NCBI GenBank assembly: GCA_963760795.1
Contig: CAVXEP010000032.1
Coordinates: 192,001 to 256,000 of the forward strand
Length of the DNA stretch: 64,000 bases
Source of the DNA: an uncultured delta proteobacterium
GTDB lineage: Bacteria; Desulfobacterota; Binatia; UBA9968
Direction of reading: 5' to 3'
Shown: piece by piece, positions 63,380 to 64,000 of the stretch
Numbering within the stretch: the first letter of the stretch is position 1
Layout of the letters: every line of letters begins with the position of its first letter
The notes under the pieces: generated by a model
The model's input: only the letters and a program-made list of their open reading frames with translations
Database searches by the model: none
What the model was told of the DNA's origin: nothing
Made by a program: the position numbers and the translations under genes

Positions 63380-64000
63380 ATGATGACATTATCTACGGTC
63401 GAACTTGAATCTAAGGCTTCTGTGCCGCCGCGGGCGAACATGCCGTTGACGGTCAAGGATTTTAAAGGCAAGGCCGAACCGGATTGGTGCCCGGGCTGCG
63501 GCGACTTTGGCGTGCTCGTCGCGTTAAAGCAGGCGCTCGTGGAGCTGGGTATTCGTCCGCACCAGGCGATGGTGATCAGCGGTATTGGCTGCTCTTCGAA
63601 CCTGCCCGGTTACATGAGCACCTACGGCATGCATACTTTGCACGGCCGCGCGCTGTCAGTCGCCACCGGCGCGCAGATGGCCAATCACGAGCTGAAAATC
63701 ATCGTCACCGGCGGCGACGGCGATGGCTACGGCATCGGCGGCAATCATTTCGTTCACTCGATGCGGCGCAACGTCGATCTCACTTATATCGTGATGAACA
63801 ATCAAGTTTATGGGCTGACGACCGGCCAGATCTCGCCGACCAGCACCAAGGGAATGAAAACCAAGAGCACGCCGGCGGGCAGCGTGGAGAATCCGCTTAA
63901 TCCGATCCCGCTGGCGATCGCCGCCGGCGCGACCTACGTCGCCAGGGCGTACACTGGGCAGGTGAAACATATGGTCGAGCTCATCAAGGGCGGCATTCAA
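63380..64000 (+). CDS. korB: 2-oxoacid:ferredoxin oxidoreductase beta subunit (runs off the window)
   Basis: Not in the ORF track. PDWCPGCGDFG, SGIGCSS, LHGRA, GGDGDGYGIGGNH, NNQVYGLTTGQ. Confidence 0.93.
   Translation, partial: MMTLSTVELESKASVPPRANMPLTVKDFKGKAEPDWCPGCGDFGVLVALKQALVELGIRPHQAMVISGIGCSSNLPGYMSTYGMHTLHGRALSVATGAQMANHELKIIVTGGDGDGYGIGGNHFVHSMRRNVDLTYIVMNNQVYGLTTGQISPTSTKGMKTKSTPAGSVENPLNPIPLAIAAGATYVARAYTGQVKHMVELIKGGIQ

Overview
Bacterial chromosomal window, about 55-60% GC. Gene style suggests a deltaproteobacterium-like lineage such as Ca. Binatia (inference only). Core blocks: recQ; merR-mutS-amiC-glnD-xerD; phosphoketolase; S2P-trpS-scpAB-rluB; moeZ; a catabolic/sulfur block; korAB. 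There are four accessory regions. (i) About 1-4.4 kb: a diguanylate cyclase, a ligD remnant and a TIR + nucleoside-deoxyribosyltransferase-like fusion. (ii) About 8-16.9 kb: a phage-derived remnant with xis, a lambda-O-like initiator containing iterons, and DnaB. (iii) A 2.5 kb mini-island that duplicated the 5' half of tRNA-Arg(CCT). (iv) A 12.7 kb phage-satellite-like element that duplicated the 3' half of the same tRNA; it encodes TerS plus a TerL with two nuclease domains, but no portal or capsid. Best new signal: the sulfide:quinone-oxidoreductase-like gene at 56374 reads in frame through a TGA at the position of the C-terminal catalytic Cys and has a bacterial SECIS-like hairpin 11 nt downstream, so it is a probable selenocysteine SQR. 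Several single-base frameshifts in conserved genes suggest assembly indel errors. All family calls come from motif recognition by eye; no searches were run.
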